Shown here piece after piece: positions 23,550-34,046 of a stretch of DNA of 64,000 nucleotides. The notes beneath the pieces were generated by a model. That model was not told the origin of the DNA, made no database searches, and worked only from the letters and a program-made list of their open reading frames with translations. This DNA is from a bacterium (GTDB taxonomy: Bacteria; UBA8248). Numbering within the stretch: position 1 is the first letter of the stretch; each line of letters begins with the position of its first letter. The stretch spans positions 1,984,001-2,048,000 of the forward strand of contig CBDBBI010000010.1 in assembly GCA_965202625.1 (NCBI GenBank), read 5' to 3'. A program made the translations under genes and the position numbers.

Positions 23550-24308
23550 ATGCGCGATCGATCTTCAGTGAAAGGCCGCGTCGCCATCATCACGGGCGCG
23601 ACCGACGGCATCGGGCTGGCGACGGCGATGCGCCTCGCTGATGAGGGCGCGAAGGTGGCCATTATGGGGCGCGATACGCGGCGTGGCGGGGAGGCCCTCG
23701 CCAGAGTGAGCGAACGCGGTGAGGCGTTGTATTCTTCCGGCGACGCCGCCCTGAAGCGGGATGTCGACCGTCTTTTTGCCCTTACGCTTGACGCGTGGGG
23801 CCGCCTCGACGTTCTGGTGAACTGCGCGGGCGGCTTTTTGGAGACGTCCGACATCGAAGGCCTTGATGAGGCGGAATGGCGAAAGATTATGGACTGGAAC
23901 CTCACGAGCTGCTATCTCGCCAGCCGGGCGGCGACGACCCCGATGAAGGAGAGGGGTTATGGCCGCATCGTGAACGTTTCCTCCATCTCCGCGCGCGCCG
24001 CCCTGCCGAGCGTCTCGCTCGCCTACAGCGCGGCGAAATCTGCGATGCAGGGCTTCACTCGAAGGCTCGCGGTGGAGCTCGCTCCCCACGGCATCACGGT
24101 GAACGCCGTGGCTCCGGGCGTGACGCTCACCAAGCGTTTCCACCTAGTGCATGGAGAGCGCGTTCCGGCGATAGTGGCGAGCCTGCCCGTGGGCTTCGGC
24201 GGTGCACCCGAGGATGTAGCCGACGCGATCTGGTATTTTTCCACTCCAGGCTCGGGCTACGTCACGGGCGTGACGCTTGACGTGAACGGCGGACAATATA
24301 TGCATTAG
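23550..24308 (+). CDS. Short-chain dehydrogenase/reductase (tandem paralogue)
   Basis: TGATDGIG, YSAAK; shares RRLAVELAPHG and YVTGVTLDVNGG with the upstream SDR. Confidence 0.92.
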   Translation: MRDRSSVKGRVAIITGATDGIGLATAMRLADEGAKVAIMGRDTRRGGEALARVSERGEALYSSGDAALKRDVDRLFALTLDAWGRLDVLVNCAGGFLETSDIEGLDEAEWRKIMDWNLTSCYLASRAATTPMKERGYGRIVNVSSISARAALPSVSLAYSAAKSAMQGFTRRLAVELAPHGITVNAVAPGVTLTKRFHLVHGERVPAIVASLPVGFGGAPEDVADAIWYFSTPGSGYVTGVTLDVNGGQYMH

Positions 24309-24437
24309 CGCGAGGGTGCCCGTAGGATTTACAGGATATGCGCGGAGGAACAGGCGCGAGCGGGTCCGCCATGTTATAATGCCGAGAGCGCAAGGGAGTT
24401 TTGGGGTTATTTTTGGACAGTGAGAGGAGGTATGTGA

Positions 24438-24836
24438 ATGCGACGCCTTATGCGCCTCGCCGCTTTGACGTTGTTTGCGGCTGCCTTGATTTTTCCTCAA
24501 GCCTCGTTCGCCGAGAACCAATGGCGCGCTTATGACGGCAAGGCGTTCGCCCAAGCCCAAAGGGACGGAAAAACGATTTTCGTGCATGTTCACGCGCACT
24601 GGTGAAGCACGTGCCAGCGGCAGTTGCCGCTGCTCCAGTCCCTGATTGGGGAGAAGAGATTCAAGGACGCCGCCGCTTTTCAGGTGGATTACGATTCCCA
24701 GCGCGACTTTCTTCGCGTGCATCGCGTACGCTGGCAATCGACGCTCATCGTTTTCAAGGGCGTGCACGAGAAGGGGCGCTCGGTCGCCGACCTGGAGGAG
24801 GCAAGCGTCATAAGGCTTCTGGAGCGCGCGCTTTAG
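24438..24836 (+). CDS. Exported thioredoxin-fold selenoprotein (WUSTC, Sec56)
   Basis: RBS GAGGAGG and signal peptide, then FVHVHAHW-TGA(24603)-STCQRQ in frame, continuing to FQVDYD...QSTLIVFKG and TAG at 24836. Confidence 0.88.
24606..24637 (+). promoter_or_regulatory. Putative bacterial SECIS element
   Basis: Hairpin CAGCGGC-AGTT-GCCGCTG (24615-24632); 16 nt between UGA and loop. Confidence 0.7.
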
Positions 24837-25030
24837 GGCGCGCGTTCTTGTCACTCGTTTTGCGCGGTGGGACGGCCACCTCCCCGTCCTTGATGCATAT
24901 ATCCGTGCCATAGTGGGCGGAGAGTTTTTTCATCCCTTTGGTATTCGTGCGCCTCGCGTCTCATATTCCTCCCCCCAGTGGTTGATAAAAGGCGAGGTTG
25001 GCCCACCGCTTGAGGCGTCTGACGTCCCGC

Positions 25031-26062
25031 CTAGCGTCCTTTGTGAAAACGCGGAGGGGCTGCGGGCGGCTCCCTGAAGTCCGCGCGCCGTAACGCATCC
25101 GCGGCGTGCTCGGGCGTCACCTCGTTGACGTGTACCCCCAGTCCCGCCTCAAGGCCCGCCAGCGGAGTCAGGCGGGGGAAGAGCTCGATGTGCCAGCGGT
25201 GCGCGCCGGAGTTCTCGTCTCTTTCCTCCGTCGCCAGAAAGAGAAAGACGTTGACGGGCGGATCGTTCAGGCGCGCCTTGTAGCGTCGCAGCGTTCGTGC
25301 CAGCGCGCCTCCCACCGAGGCGATGGTGCGGGGCGCGCTGCTCAGGAAGGAGGCTTCCGTCGGCCAGGGGGTGATGCAGGCGAGATAGGGAAAGCGCGAC
25401 CCCCAGGGACAGAACACGGCGGCACCCTCTTCTCCTGGCTCCACCATCCTCTCTTTTTTCTCGCGCTCCGCCGCGAGTGTATAGTCCAGAAGCGCGGCCT
25501 TGCACTCTTTATGGAAGGCGGCTTCGTTTCGTCGCTTTCTCTCGGCGTTGCCCGCATGGGCGGGCAGGGCGAGAATCTGCATGTGCGAGTGGAGGATGGA
25601 GGCGCCGGCCATCGCGCCATGATTCTTGAAGGCGAAGACGCAGCGGACGCCGGAATGCTTCACCAGGGCGCGTGTCCTGTGTTGGAGAAGGCCCAGCACG
25701 CGCCCCGCGTGCGTGTCGCTCAAGTCCGCCAGCCCCTTTGTGTGTCGGGCGGAGTCGATCAGTACCTCGTGGCGTCCCCCGCCTTTGATAGAGGAGAAGA
25801 CGTCGCTCCCGCCCCGGGCGCGCTCCCCTTCGCCGACTGCGGGGTATTTGTTCGCTACGCATCGGGCGTGCCAGCCCCCTCCCTTCCGGATAGCGGCGAT
25901 CTCAGCCGACGTTTCGTTCTCCCTACCCGGACAGAAGGGACAGACCGGGTCTTCTTTTCGGGGGGTGGCGCGCGCATGGTGCGCGGGATGCGGCCGTGCG
26001 CGTCGCTCGGGCGCGATGAGCGTCCATTCGCCAAGATGGAGGTCGTATCTGAGTTCAGGCAT
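25031..26062 (-). CDS. galT: Galactose-1-phosphate uridylyltransferase family protein
   Basis: EWTLIAPERRARP, CPFCPG, NKYP, FKNHG...GASILHSHMQ, HWHIE-like motif. Confidence 0.85.
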   Translation of the reverse strand: MPELRYDLHLGEWTLIAPERRARPHPAHHARATPRKEDPVCPFCPGRENETSAEIAAIRKGGGWHARCVANKYPAVGEGERARGGSDVFSSIKGGGRHEVLIDSARHTKGLADLSDTHAGRVLGLLQHRTRALVKHSGVRCVFAFKNHGAMAGASILHSHMQILALPAHAGNAERKRRNEAAFHKECKAALLDYTLAAEREKKERMVEPGEEGAAVFCPWGSRFPYLACITPWPTEASFLSSAPRTIASVGGALARTLRRYKARLNDPPVNVFLFLATEERDENSGAHRWHIELFPRLTPLAGLEAGLGVHVNEVTPEHAADALRRADFREPPAAPPRFHKGR

Positions 26063-26279
26063 GAACGACACTCGTTTCGGGGCGGGAGAGCGGTGAAGCG
26101 ATGGTAGCACAGATGGGCGTTTTTGAGGCGGTGGGAGGTTGTGCTTTCCCGCCAATGTGCAATAATGTCGTATAGGCTCCGAGAAAGAATATTTTTGACC
26201 GCGCGTATTCTTTCGGTAGCGACTTATACTTGTTGTTTATTTTGCGCGGCGTTTCAAGGAAGGAAAGGGGGGTTTGGTC

Positions 26280-27314
26280 ATGAAAGTCAAGGCTTTTGCA
26301 GTTTCCTCTATACTCGCTCTTGTCATGACGGCGTTTCTCGTCGCACCCGGCAAAGCGGAATCTGCCTGCCAGGTTCACCTCGGCGATCTGAACTGGAACA
26401 GCGCCAACTTTCACACTCAGGTGGCCGCCTTCATTCTGAGGCATGGCTACGGCTGTGAAGTGGAGAGGACTTACGGCGGCACGCTTCCGATCATGGCGGC
26501 CCACTACGAAGGGAAGGTCGATCTGGTCATGGAGCTCTGGTACGACAACGTGAAGGATCAATATGATCCCTTCTTGAAGGCCGGCAAGGTGGAGATGTTG
26601 GGCGTCAACACGCCGGACGTTGTGGAGGCCTGGTATATTCCACGCTTCGTCCGGGAAGCGAACCCGGGGCTCAAGTCGGTTTATGACCTGCCAAAATACA
26701 AACACCTTTTCAAGGATCCCGAGGAGCCCTCCAAGGGCAGGTTCGTGAACTGCCCCCCCGGCTGGGGCTGCGAAGTCATTAACACGGTGAAACTGCGCGC
26801 CTACGGATTGGAAGAGCACTTCACCAACTTCCGGCCTGGATCAGGCGGTGCGCTTAAGGCGGCGATCAAGGGTGCCTATCTCAAGAAGAAGGCGGTGCTC
26901 GGCTATTACTGGTCGCCGACGACTCTCTTCGCCCAGATTGACTTGGTCGCGCTCGAAGAGCCCGTTTGGAACGTGAAAGACTGGGACGAGATGATGAAAC
27001 ATGTGGGGATGGTCAAGAAGGAAGGCGTGCAGGCTATGGGTAGTCCCAAGAAGGCGACCGCCTACCGGACGACGATATTGCCGAAAACGGTCACGACGAA
27101 ATTCGCAGCCGAGAACCCCAATATCGTCGAGTTCATCAAGCAATATACGATGCCTTCCAAGGTTGTCTTGAAATCGTTGCTCTACATGGAGGAGAAGGCG
27201 GGCGGAGAAGCCAAGGCCGCCGCCATCGACTTCCTCAAGACCAACGACGTGTGGAAGAGCTGGGTTCCGGCCGATGTCGTCAAGAAGGTTACAGCGGCAC
27301 TCGCCGACGCTTGA
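26280..27314 (+). CDS. proX: Glycine betaine/proline ABC transporter substrate-binding protein
   Basis: Signal peptide, LNWNS, ELWY, CPPGWGC, YYWSP. Confidence 0.88.
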   Translation: MKVKAFAVSSILALVMTAFLVAPGKAESACQVHLGDLNWNSANFHTQVAAFILRHGYGCEVERTYGGTLPIMAAHYEGKVDLVMELWYDNVKDQYDPFLKAGKVEMLGVNTPDVVEAWYIPRFVREANPGLKSVYDLPKYKHLFKDPEEPSKGRFVNCPPGWGCEVINTVKLRAYGLEEHFTNFRPGSGGALKAAIKGAYLKKKAVLGYYWSPTTLFAQIDLVALEEPVWNVKDWDEMMKHVGMVKKEGVQAMGSPKKATAYRTTILPKTVTTKFAAENPNIVEFIKQYTMPSKVVLKSLLYMEEKAGGEAKAAAIDFLKTNDVWKSWVPADVVKKVTAALADA

Positions 27315-27393
27315 GTCGCGCTCGCCCGGCGTCCTTCTCCCGGGGGGGACGCCGCATGCCGCAGTTCTTGAGAATTGAGAGGGTCCGCTCAGT

Positions 27394-28299
27394 ATGGAGA
27401 TTGTGCACAGGCTGCTTCCTGAATGGACGGTCGAGTGGCCGAAGGGCCTGAACCTTCCGCTCAGCCAATGGACCAACGATTTCGTGGGATGGCTGATAGC
27501 CGAGTATGGCGTCGTTTTCGAGGCCGTGGCGGCTTCCATCCTCACGATGTTGGTCGGGCTGGAGCATTTCCTTCGCGATCTCCCCTGGGTCGTCGTGTTT
27601 TTGGGTTTGAGCGCGCTAACCTACTTCTCCAGCGGCCACAAGCGCGGCCCGACCGCGCTTGTGGCCGTTTCCCTGTTCTGCATCGGGCTGATCGATCCCA
27701 AACTCTGGGACTACGCGATGATAACCCTCTCGGTGATGCTGGTCTCCACCACGATTTGCATCGTCTTGGGCATTCCGATCGGCGTCGCGATTTCAAGAAG
27801 CGATCGAGTGCGGAATGTGCTTTTGCCGCTGCTGGACCTCATGCAGACCATGCCAAGTTTCGTCTATCTCATTCCGGCGATCATGCTGTTTGGCCTCGGC
27901 GCCGTGCCGGCCGTCTTCGCCACGGTGATCTATGCCCTCCCGCCGGTGATTCGCTTGACCGATCTCGGCATCCGCCTGGTTGACGAGGAGGTTGTGGAGG
28001 CGTCGGACGCCATGGGCGCCAACAGGAGGCAGAAGCTCCTTGGCGTGCAGATACCGATGGCGTTGCCCAACATCATGCAGGGGGTCAACCAGACCACGAT
28101 GATGGCGTTGTCGATGGTGGTGATCGCCTCGATGATTGGAACCCGGGGCCTCGGCATTGAGGTGCTCATTGGCCTCCAGCAACTCAACGTGGGGCGCGCG
28201 CTTGAGGCTGGCGTGGCGATCGTGCTGCTCGCCATCGTTATGGATAGAGTGACCCAGGCCTACGGCAATCGACTTATCAAGACAGGCGATGAGGACTGA
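27394..28299 (+). CDS. proW: Glycine betaine ABC transporter permease
   Basis: PLLDLMQTMPSFVYLIP, EAA loop, NQTTMMALSMVVIASMIG. Confidence 0.92.
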   Translation: MEIVHRLLPEWTVEWPKGLNLPLSQWTNDFVGWLIAEYGVVFEAVAASILTMLVGLEHFLRDLPWVVVFLGLSALTYFSSGHKRGPTALVAVSLFCIGLIDPKLWDYAMITLSVMLVSTTICIVLGIPIGVAISRSDRVRNVLLPLLDLMQTMPSFVYLIPAIMLFGLGAVPAVFATVIYALPPVIRLTDLGIRLVDEEVVEASDAMGANRRQKLLGVQIPMALPNIMQGVNQTTMMALSMVVIASMIGTRGLGIEVLIGLQQLNVGRALEAGVAIVLLAIVMDRVTQAYGNRLIKTGDED

Positions 28300-28303
28300 C
28301 CCG

Positions 28304-29326
28304 ATGTCGCTGATTGAGATGCGAAACGTCTATAAGGTATTCGGCCGCGCCGAGGAGGCCGCGCTCGCCCTCGCCTATGACGGCGCCGACAAGGACGCCG
28401 TGCTGGCGGAAACTGGCTGCACGCTCGGCCTGAAAGACGTCAGCCTCTCCATCGAGAGCGGGGAGATATTCGTGGTTATGGGTCTTTCGGGTTCCGGAAA
28501 ATCGACCCTGCTTCGCCACGTCAACCGTTTGATCGACCCGACCGCCGGCCAAGTGTTGATCGAGGGCAAGGACATCCTTCATCTCTCTCCAGAGGAGTTG
28601 CTCGCCTTCCGCCGCCGCACCACGAGCATGGTCTTTCAGCGCTTCGCGCTCTTTCCGCACATGACGGTGACACAAAACGCCGGCTATGGCCTTGAGGTGC
28701 GGGGAGTGCCGCACAGAGAGCGGACCGCGCGCGTGAGGCGATGGATTGAGAACGTAGGGCTCTCGGGCTATGAGAACACCTATCCGGTCCATTTATCAGG
28801 GGGCATGCAACAGCGGGTGGGATTGGCGCGCGCTCTCTGCACCGATCCCGAGATTCTGCTTTTGGATGAGCCTTTCAGCGCCTTGGACCCCCTCATTCGC
28901 AAACAGATGCAGGAACACCTCCTCGTCCTTCAGCGCGAACTCAAGAAGACCATGGTGTTCATCACCCACGATCTGGACGAGGCGCTCAAGATTGGCGACC
29001 GCATCGCCATTCTGAAGGACGGCGTGGTGCACCAGATAGGGGTCCCGGAGGATATCCTGCTGAATCCGTCTACCGCCTACGTGCGCGTGTTCGCGAGGGA
29101 CGCGCGCCGGGGCCGTGTGGTGACGGCAAGCGCCATTATGACGCCGCCAGACGCCGCGACGAACGGGCCAACCGTAGCGCGCGACACTGTGCTTCAGGAC
29201 ATGTTGCCGAAGTGCTTGGAGAGCGATGCGCCGCTGCGGGTGGTGGACGCCGCCGGCGCCGTGGTGGGCGCCGTCTCCCGTGAGACTCTCCTACGCGGCC
29301 TCACCGACCATATGGGAGCGGCCTAG
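28304..29326 (+). CDS. proV: Glycine betaine ABC transporter ATP-binding protein
   Basis: MGLSGSGKST, LSGGMQQRVG, DEPFSALDPLIR. Confidence 0.92.
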   Translation: MSLIEMRNVYKVFGRAEEAALALAYDGADKDAVLAETGCTLGLKDVSLSIESGEIFVVMGLSGSGKSTLLRHVNRLIDPTAGQVLIEGKDILHLSPEELLAFRRRTTSMVFQRFALFPHMTVTQNAGYGLEVRGVPHRERTARVRRWIENVGLSGYENTYPVHLSGGMQQRVGLARALCTDPEILLLDEPFSALDPLIRKQMQEHLLVLQRELKKTMVFITHDLDEALKIGDRIAILKDGVVHQIGVPEDILLNPSTAYVRVFARDARRGRVVTASAIMTPPDAATNGPTVARDTVLQDMLPKCLESDAPLRVVDAAGAVVGAVSRETLLRGLTDHMGAA

Positions 29327-29624
29327 GCCCCGACGACCCTCCGGCTTGAAGCCCGTCTTGCGCCTGTGAACGCCACTCTTCACCATCCGCTAACCTCCGC
29401 GCTAGCTCCATAAAAAGCCCGCATTGGAGAGTTTCAACGGCCCCATCATCTTGTCGGTCGATGTTTTTAGATTTGTGGGATCGCTCAAACCCCAAGGTTC
29501 TGAAAGCACAACGCGCGCGCCACCCGATGGGCGGGGAGGGGCTGGATCATTCTCCTCGAGTGTGGCATTTCCATGACTCGGGATATGCGGCTGCGCGCTT
29601 GATGATCAAACGATGAGGGAGCGG

Positions 29625-31049
29625 ATGAGCGATTTCGGAAGAGAGACCATCGTCGCGCTGTCCACGGCCCCCGGGCCCGGAGCGATCGCGGTCGTTCGTA
29701 TGAGCGGAAAGGGTTCGCTCCCGATTCTCACGGAAATTTTTGCGTCGCGCAAAAAAAGAAGCCTCTTTCCTTCGGGGCGGCCCGTGTTGGGGTGCTTTTT
29801 GGACGGCGGACAGGCGTTTGACGAGGGCGTGACGATTTATCATCCAGGCCCCCACTCCTTCACCGGTGAGGACGTGGTCGAGATGTATTGCCATGGCGGC
29901 CCGGCGATAGTGCGGACGATCCTGCGCCTTGCCCGAGAGATGGGGGCCAGGCCCGCAGAGCCGGGCGAGTTCACCAGACGCGCTTTTTTGGAGGGGAAAA
30001 TCGATCTACTTCAGGCGGAGGCGGTGGCGGACCTGGTGATGGCGCAAACCCAAAAGGCGGCGAAGGCCGCGCTCCACCACCTGGAGGGACGTCTCTCCTC
30101 AGCACTGGAGGGCGTGTGGGAGAACCTGGTGGAGGTGGGTGCGCACATCGAGGCGGCAATCGATTTTCCTGAGGAGTTCGAGCCGGGCGCCGGGCCGTTG
30201 GTTTCGGGCGCGCCCATGGAAGGTGCCGCGCTCGCGCCCCTCTTCTCGGAGGCGGAAGGCGCGCTCGAGCGGCTCATAGCGAGCTACGCCTCCGGCAAGA
30301 TACTCAGGGAGGGCGCGCGGGTAGCCATACTTGGAAGGCCCAACGCGGGAAAATCCACTCTTTTGAACGCGCTTCTGGGGATCGATCGCGCCATCACCAG
30401 CGCGACACCGGGCACCACGCGGGATACGGTAGAGGAGGTTTGCGACATGGAGGGCGTGCCGGTGCGGATCATCGACACGGCGGGGCTGAGAGACGCCGGA
30501 GATCCGGTGGAGACTGAAGGCGCCGCGCGCGCGCGCCGCGCCGCTGCGGGAGCCGACCTCTGCCTGATAGTGGTGGACATCGCGCGAGGGGATGGAGAGA
30601 TGGCGTGGGCTGCGCAGGAGTCGCGCGCCATAATATGTCATAAAATTTTTATTTTCAATAAGATAGATGATTGCTCTCTCCAAGAAATAGAAGTGGCGCG
30701 TGCTCTTTGGGGCGAGCGGGAGCTCGACGCCGGGGCGCCGGTTTTCATCTCCGCCTTGACAGGCGAGGGGCTTTCCTCGTTGCGGGAAAGGACCGCGCGT
30801 GTTTTGATTGATGAGGATGAAATGTCGGGTGCCGAGTCGGTGCTCACGCGCGAACGGCATCATCAGCAAATCTCTATGTGTCTGAAGGCGGTGAGGCGCG
30901 CCAGAGAGGGAACGCGGAGGGCGATATCGCCGGAGCTGGTGGCGGTGCATCTGAACGAAGCGCAATCTGCGCTCTCCGCGCTTTTGGGGAGAGATTATGG
31001 ACAGGCACTGCTCGATAAAATTTTTTCGACGTTTTGTATTGGAAAATAA
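29625..31049 (+). CDS. mnmE: tRNA modification GTPase MnmE
   Basis: SFTGEDVVE, GRPNAGKS, PGTTRD, DTAG, FCIGK. Confidence 0.97.
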   Translation: MSDFGRETIVALSTAPGPGAIAVVRMSGKGSLPILTEIFASRKKRSLFPSGRPVLGCFLDGGQAFDEGVTIYHPGPHSFTGEDVVEMYCHGGPAIVRTILRLAREMGARPAEPGEFTRRAFLEGKIDLLQAEAVADLVMAQTQKAAKAALHHLEGRLSSALEGVWENLVEVGAHIEAAIDFPEEFEPGAGPLVSGAPMEGAALAPLFSEAEGALERLIASYASGKILREGARVAILGRPNAGKSTLLNALLGIDRAITSATPGTTRDTVEEVCDMEGVPVRIIDTAGLRDAGDPVETEGAARARRAAAGADLCLIVVDIARGDGEMAWAAQESRAIICHKIFIFNKIDDCSLQEIEVARALWGERELDAGAPVFISALTGEGLSSLRERTARVLIDEDEMSGAESVLTRERHHQQISMCLKAVRRAREGTRRAISPELVAVHLNEAQSALSALLGRDYGQALLDKIFSTFCIGK

Positions 31050-31100
31050 CGATAAATTTTCATAAATTTATGTTTTCGCTAGATTTTGGAGGTCTTGATT

Positions 31101-33026
31101 TTGGGTTCTCCGTATGACGTTGTTGTCGTAGGCGGCGGACATGCCGGATGCGAGGCGGCCTTGGCCGCCGCGCGCATGGGTGCTCGAACCATGATGCTCA
31201 CGATGAACCTTGATACCGTAGGTCTGATGTCGTGTAATCCCGCAATCGGCGGGCTGGCCAAGGGTGTTTTGGTTCGAGAGGTGGATGCCCTCGGCGGCGA
31301 GATGGCGCGCGCCATAGACGCCACGGGGATTCAATTTAGAATGCTAAACACGAAAAAAGGCCCGGCCGTGCAAGCCTTGCGCGCCCAGGCGGACAAGCAG
31401 AGATACCGTGCCTACATGAAAAATGCGGTGGAAAGCCAGAAAAACCTCCACCTCAAGCAGGGCATGACGCAGAGGCTCCTGGTGAAGAACAGGGTGATAT
31501 CCGGTCTGCAGGATCATTTCGGGGAAGTTCACGCGGCCAGGGCGGTCATTCTGACGCCGGGCACTTTCGCACGCGGGCTCCTTCATTATGGTGACAAAAA
31601 GGTAAGGGGCGGGCGCGCCGGAGAGGGTGCAGCGAACGAGCTGACCGAACAACTCATTGCATTCGGCTTTGCCCTTGGGCGCATGAAGACGGGAACGCCC
31701 CCGAGGGTGGACTCTAAATCCATTGATTTTCAAATGCTTAGCGCTCAGCCCGGAGATGATCCCCCCATTCCGTTTTCTTACCGCACCCCCGCTATCGAGC
31801 AGGAGCAGACGCCTTGTTGGATCACCTATACCAACTCCGGAACCCACGCCGTAATTCGTGAGAACATCGAGCACGCACCGATGTACAACGGCCAAATTAA
31901 CGCTGTAGGCGTTCGGTATTGCCCGAGTATCGAAGATAAGATCATGCGATTCGAGAGCAAGAAAGAACACCAGATATTCCTGGAGCCGGAAGGACGAGAG
32001 ACTTGTGAAATCTACGTGAATGGACTCTCCACCAGCCTGCCGGTGGACGTTCAAATTCGTATGCTTAGAACTATCAAGGGACTAGAGAGAGCCGAGGTGA
32101 TGCGCGCGGGCTACGCCGTGGAATATGACTACGTGAAGCCCACCGCGCTTCACGCCAGCCTGATGGCGAAAAGGATGCCCGGACTATTCCATGCTGGCCA
32201 GATAAACGGGACAACTGGTTACGAGGAGGCTGCGGCCCAGGGAATCATGGCGGGCGTCAACGCCGTGAGATACGTTCGGGAGGACGCGCCCGTCATTCTT
32301 GGCCGAGAAGAGGCGTATATCGGCGTTTTGATTGACGATCTCGTAACCAAGGGGGTAGCCGAGCCATATCGGATGTTCACAAGTCGAGCTGAGCACAGGC
32401 TCTTGCTTCGCCATGACAACGCGGATTTTCGGTTGATGGAATGTGGCTATCGGATTGGCGCGCTGGACAAGGAGACGTATCGCGCCTTCCAGGCGAAAGC
32501 GGGGCGCGCGCGCGAGGCCATCAAGTATGCCGAAAACACGACGGTGAACCCGAAGCCGAACGTTCGAAGCGCCATGGAAGCGGCGGGTTTCAGGGCGCTG
32601 AAAAAACCCTCGACCCTTGGCGATATTCTCCGCAGGCCAGAGGCGGGGCCGGAACTGGCGAAACAAATTGACTCTATAGGCCAAGGCCGCTTTCGAGAGA
32701 TTTGGGAGGGGCTGGACAGGGAGTCTCGTCGATATGTGTTGGCGGAAATAAGATATAAGGAATACTTTGAGAGAGAGCGTCAGCAAGTCTCCCTTCTGAG
32801 AATGGCGAACAGGGTGAGAATACCCGAAAGCATCTCGTATGACGACGTGAGCCACCTAAGCGCCGAAGTAAGGCAAAGACTTCAAGAGATACAACCAAAG
32901 ACGCTTGGGCAGGCGAGCCGCATTTCCGGAGTGACGCCCGCCGCAATCGCGGTTCTAGAAGTTTATGTGCGAAAACGGAACGAGAAAGCCAGGCAGACTC
33001 CTTCGCCCACCACCGATCAGCAATAG
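31101..33026 (+). CDS. mnmG: tRNA uridine 5-carboxymethylaminomethyl modification enzyme MnmG
   Basis: [44 protein letters not shown]. Confidence 0.98.
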   Translation: MGSPYDVVVVGGGHAGCEAALAAARMGARTMMLTMNLDTVGLMSCNPAIGGLAKGVLVREVDALGGEMARAIDATGIQFRMLNTKKGPAVQALRAQADKQRYRAYMKNAVESQKNLHLKQGMTQRLLVKNRVISGLQDHFGEVHAARAVILTPGTFARGLLHYGDKKVRGGRAGEGAANELTEQLIAFGFALGRMKTGTPPRVDSKSIDFQMLSAQPGDDPPIPFSYRTPAIEQEQTPCWITYTNSGTHAVIRENIEHAPMYNGQINAVGVRYCPSIEDKIMRFESKKEHQIFLEPEGRETCEIYVNGLSTSLPVDVQIRMLRTIKGLERAEVMRAGYAVEYDYVKPTALHASLMAKRMPGLFHAGQINGTTGYEEAAAQGIMAGVNAVRYVREDAPVILGREEAYIGVLIDDLVTKGVAEPYRMFTSRAEHRLLLRHDNADFRLMECGYRIGALDKETYRAFQAKAGRAREAIKYAENTTVNPKPNVRSAMEAAGFRALKKPSTLGDILRRPEAGPELAKQIDSIGQGRFREIWEGLDRESRRYVLAEIRYKEYFERERQQVSLLRMANRVRIPESISYDDVSHLSAEVRQRLQEIQPKTLGQASRISGVTPAAIAVLEVYVRKRNEKARQTPSPTTDQQ

Positions 33027-33076
33027 CCCAAGTGTTCCATTTTAGGCCGCTTCTCTTTAATCTTCGAAATTCCGGT

Positions 33077-33128
33077 TGTTCCACGTGAAACATGTGACCT
33101 TGAGAGAAATTTTGTTCCACGTGAAACA
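33077..33128. promoter_or_regulatory. parS: Two parS centromere sites
   Basis: TGTTCCACGTGAAACA at 33077-33092 and 33113-33128, directly upstream of parAB. Confidence 0.93.
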
Positions 33129-33204
33129 TTTTGTTGAATTTTCTGGTACGATATGAGAATCTTTGACTGTTGGAAATTGTCTTGATCCGCCCTGAAAAAG
33201 ACAC

Positions 33205-34044
33205 ATGGCGACAACGTTTAATGTAGCGGCCTTATCCGATGGCCAAAAATTCGTTGCAAATAGAAACGCGTGCACAGTTGTCGCCGTCGTGAACCAAAAG
33301 GGAGGCGTCGGCAAAACGACGACGGCCGTTAATTTGGCGGCCTGTCTCGCCGTGGCGAATGAACCAACCCTGTTGGTCGATATGGACCCGCAATCGAACG
33401 CAACGAGCAGTTTTGGTGTATTTTCGCAACGTTCTTCACTTTACGAGACGCTGGCGTTGGGCGTTCCGATTGACGATGAATCCTTGTATGATACTGAAAT
33501 AAAAGGGCTAACGCTTATTCCTTCTTCCATTGACTTGGCCGGTGCGGAAGTTGATCTCGCCGATCTACCACAAAGGGAGAGTCGTTTGCGAAACGCTCTT
33601 GAGCCGCTCAAAAGGCGGTTTCGCTATATTTTGATCGACTGCCCCCCCTCTCTTGGTTTTCTCACCATCAACGGCTTGCGTGCGGCGGATGAGGTGCTCA
33701 TTCCTATTCAGGCGGAGTATTTTGCACTTGAGGGTTTGGCTCGACTGATGGATACCGTGGAGCGGATACGCCGAAACGTTCATCCTAGCCTCCGGATAGG
33801 CGGGGTTTTGTTGACTATGTATGATACGAGAACGAATCTTTCTCGTCAGGTGAACGAGGATTTGAAGTCGCACCTTTCGGAGTTGGTGTATCAGGTCTTG
33901 ATTCCAAGAAACGTGCGCTTGGCTGAGGCCCCAAGCCACGGAAAACCGGTGATTGCGTATGATATATCCTCGCCTGGTGCCCAAGCGTATCTTGCACTGG
34001 CGAGTGAGTTTCTGGCCCGATCAAAACGAAGGATGAAAACCTGA
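33205..34044 (+). CDS. parA: Chromosome partitioning ATPase ParA/Soj
   Basis: NQKGGVGKTT, DMDPQSNAT, IDCPPSLG, IPRNVRLAEAPSHG. Confidence 0.96.
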   Translation: MATTFNVAALSDGQKFVANRNACTVVAVVNQKGGVGKTTTAVNLAACLAVANEPTLLVDMDPQSNATSSFGVFSQRSSLYETLALGVPIDDESLYDTEIKGLTLIPSSIDLAGAEVDLADLPQRESRLRNALEPLKRRFRYILIDCPPSLGFLTINGLRAADEVLIPIQAEYFALEGLARLMDTVERIRRNVHPSLRIGGVLLTMYDTRTNLSRQVNEDLKSHLSELVYQVLIPRNVRLAEAPSHGKPVIAYDISSPGAQAYLALASEFLARSKRRMKT

Positions 34045-34046
34045 AC

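Noticed and set aside
29327-29620. Riboswitch or ncRNA in the larger intergenic gaps (also 22592-22775, 57735-57926, 62901-63053)
   Set aside because: Some hairpins are present, but I recognise no conserved riboswitch, tRNA or sRNA motif. An Rfam/Infernal scan would be needed.
33077-33128. Two identical 16-mers as a possible mini-CRISPR
   Set aside because: They match the parS consensus, are too short, and there are no cas genes.
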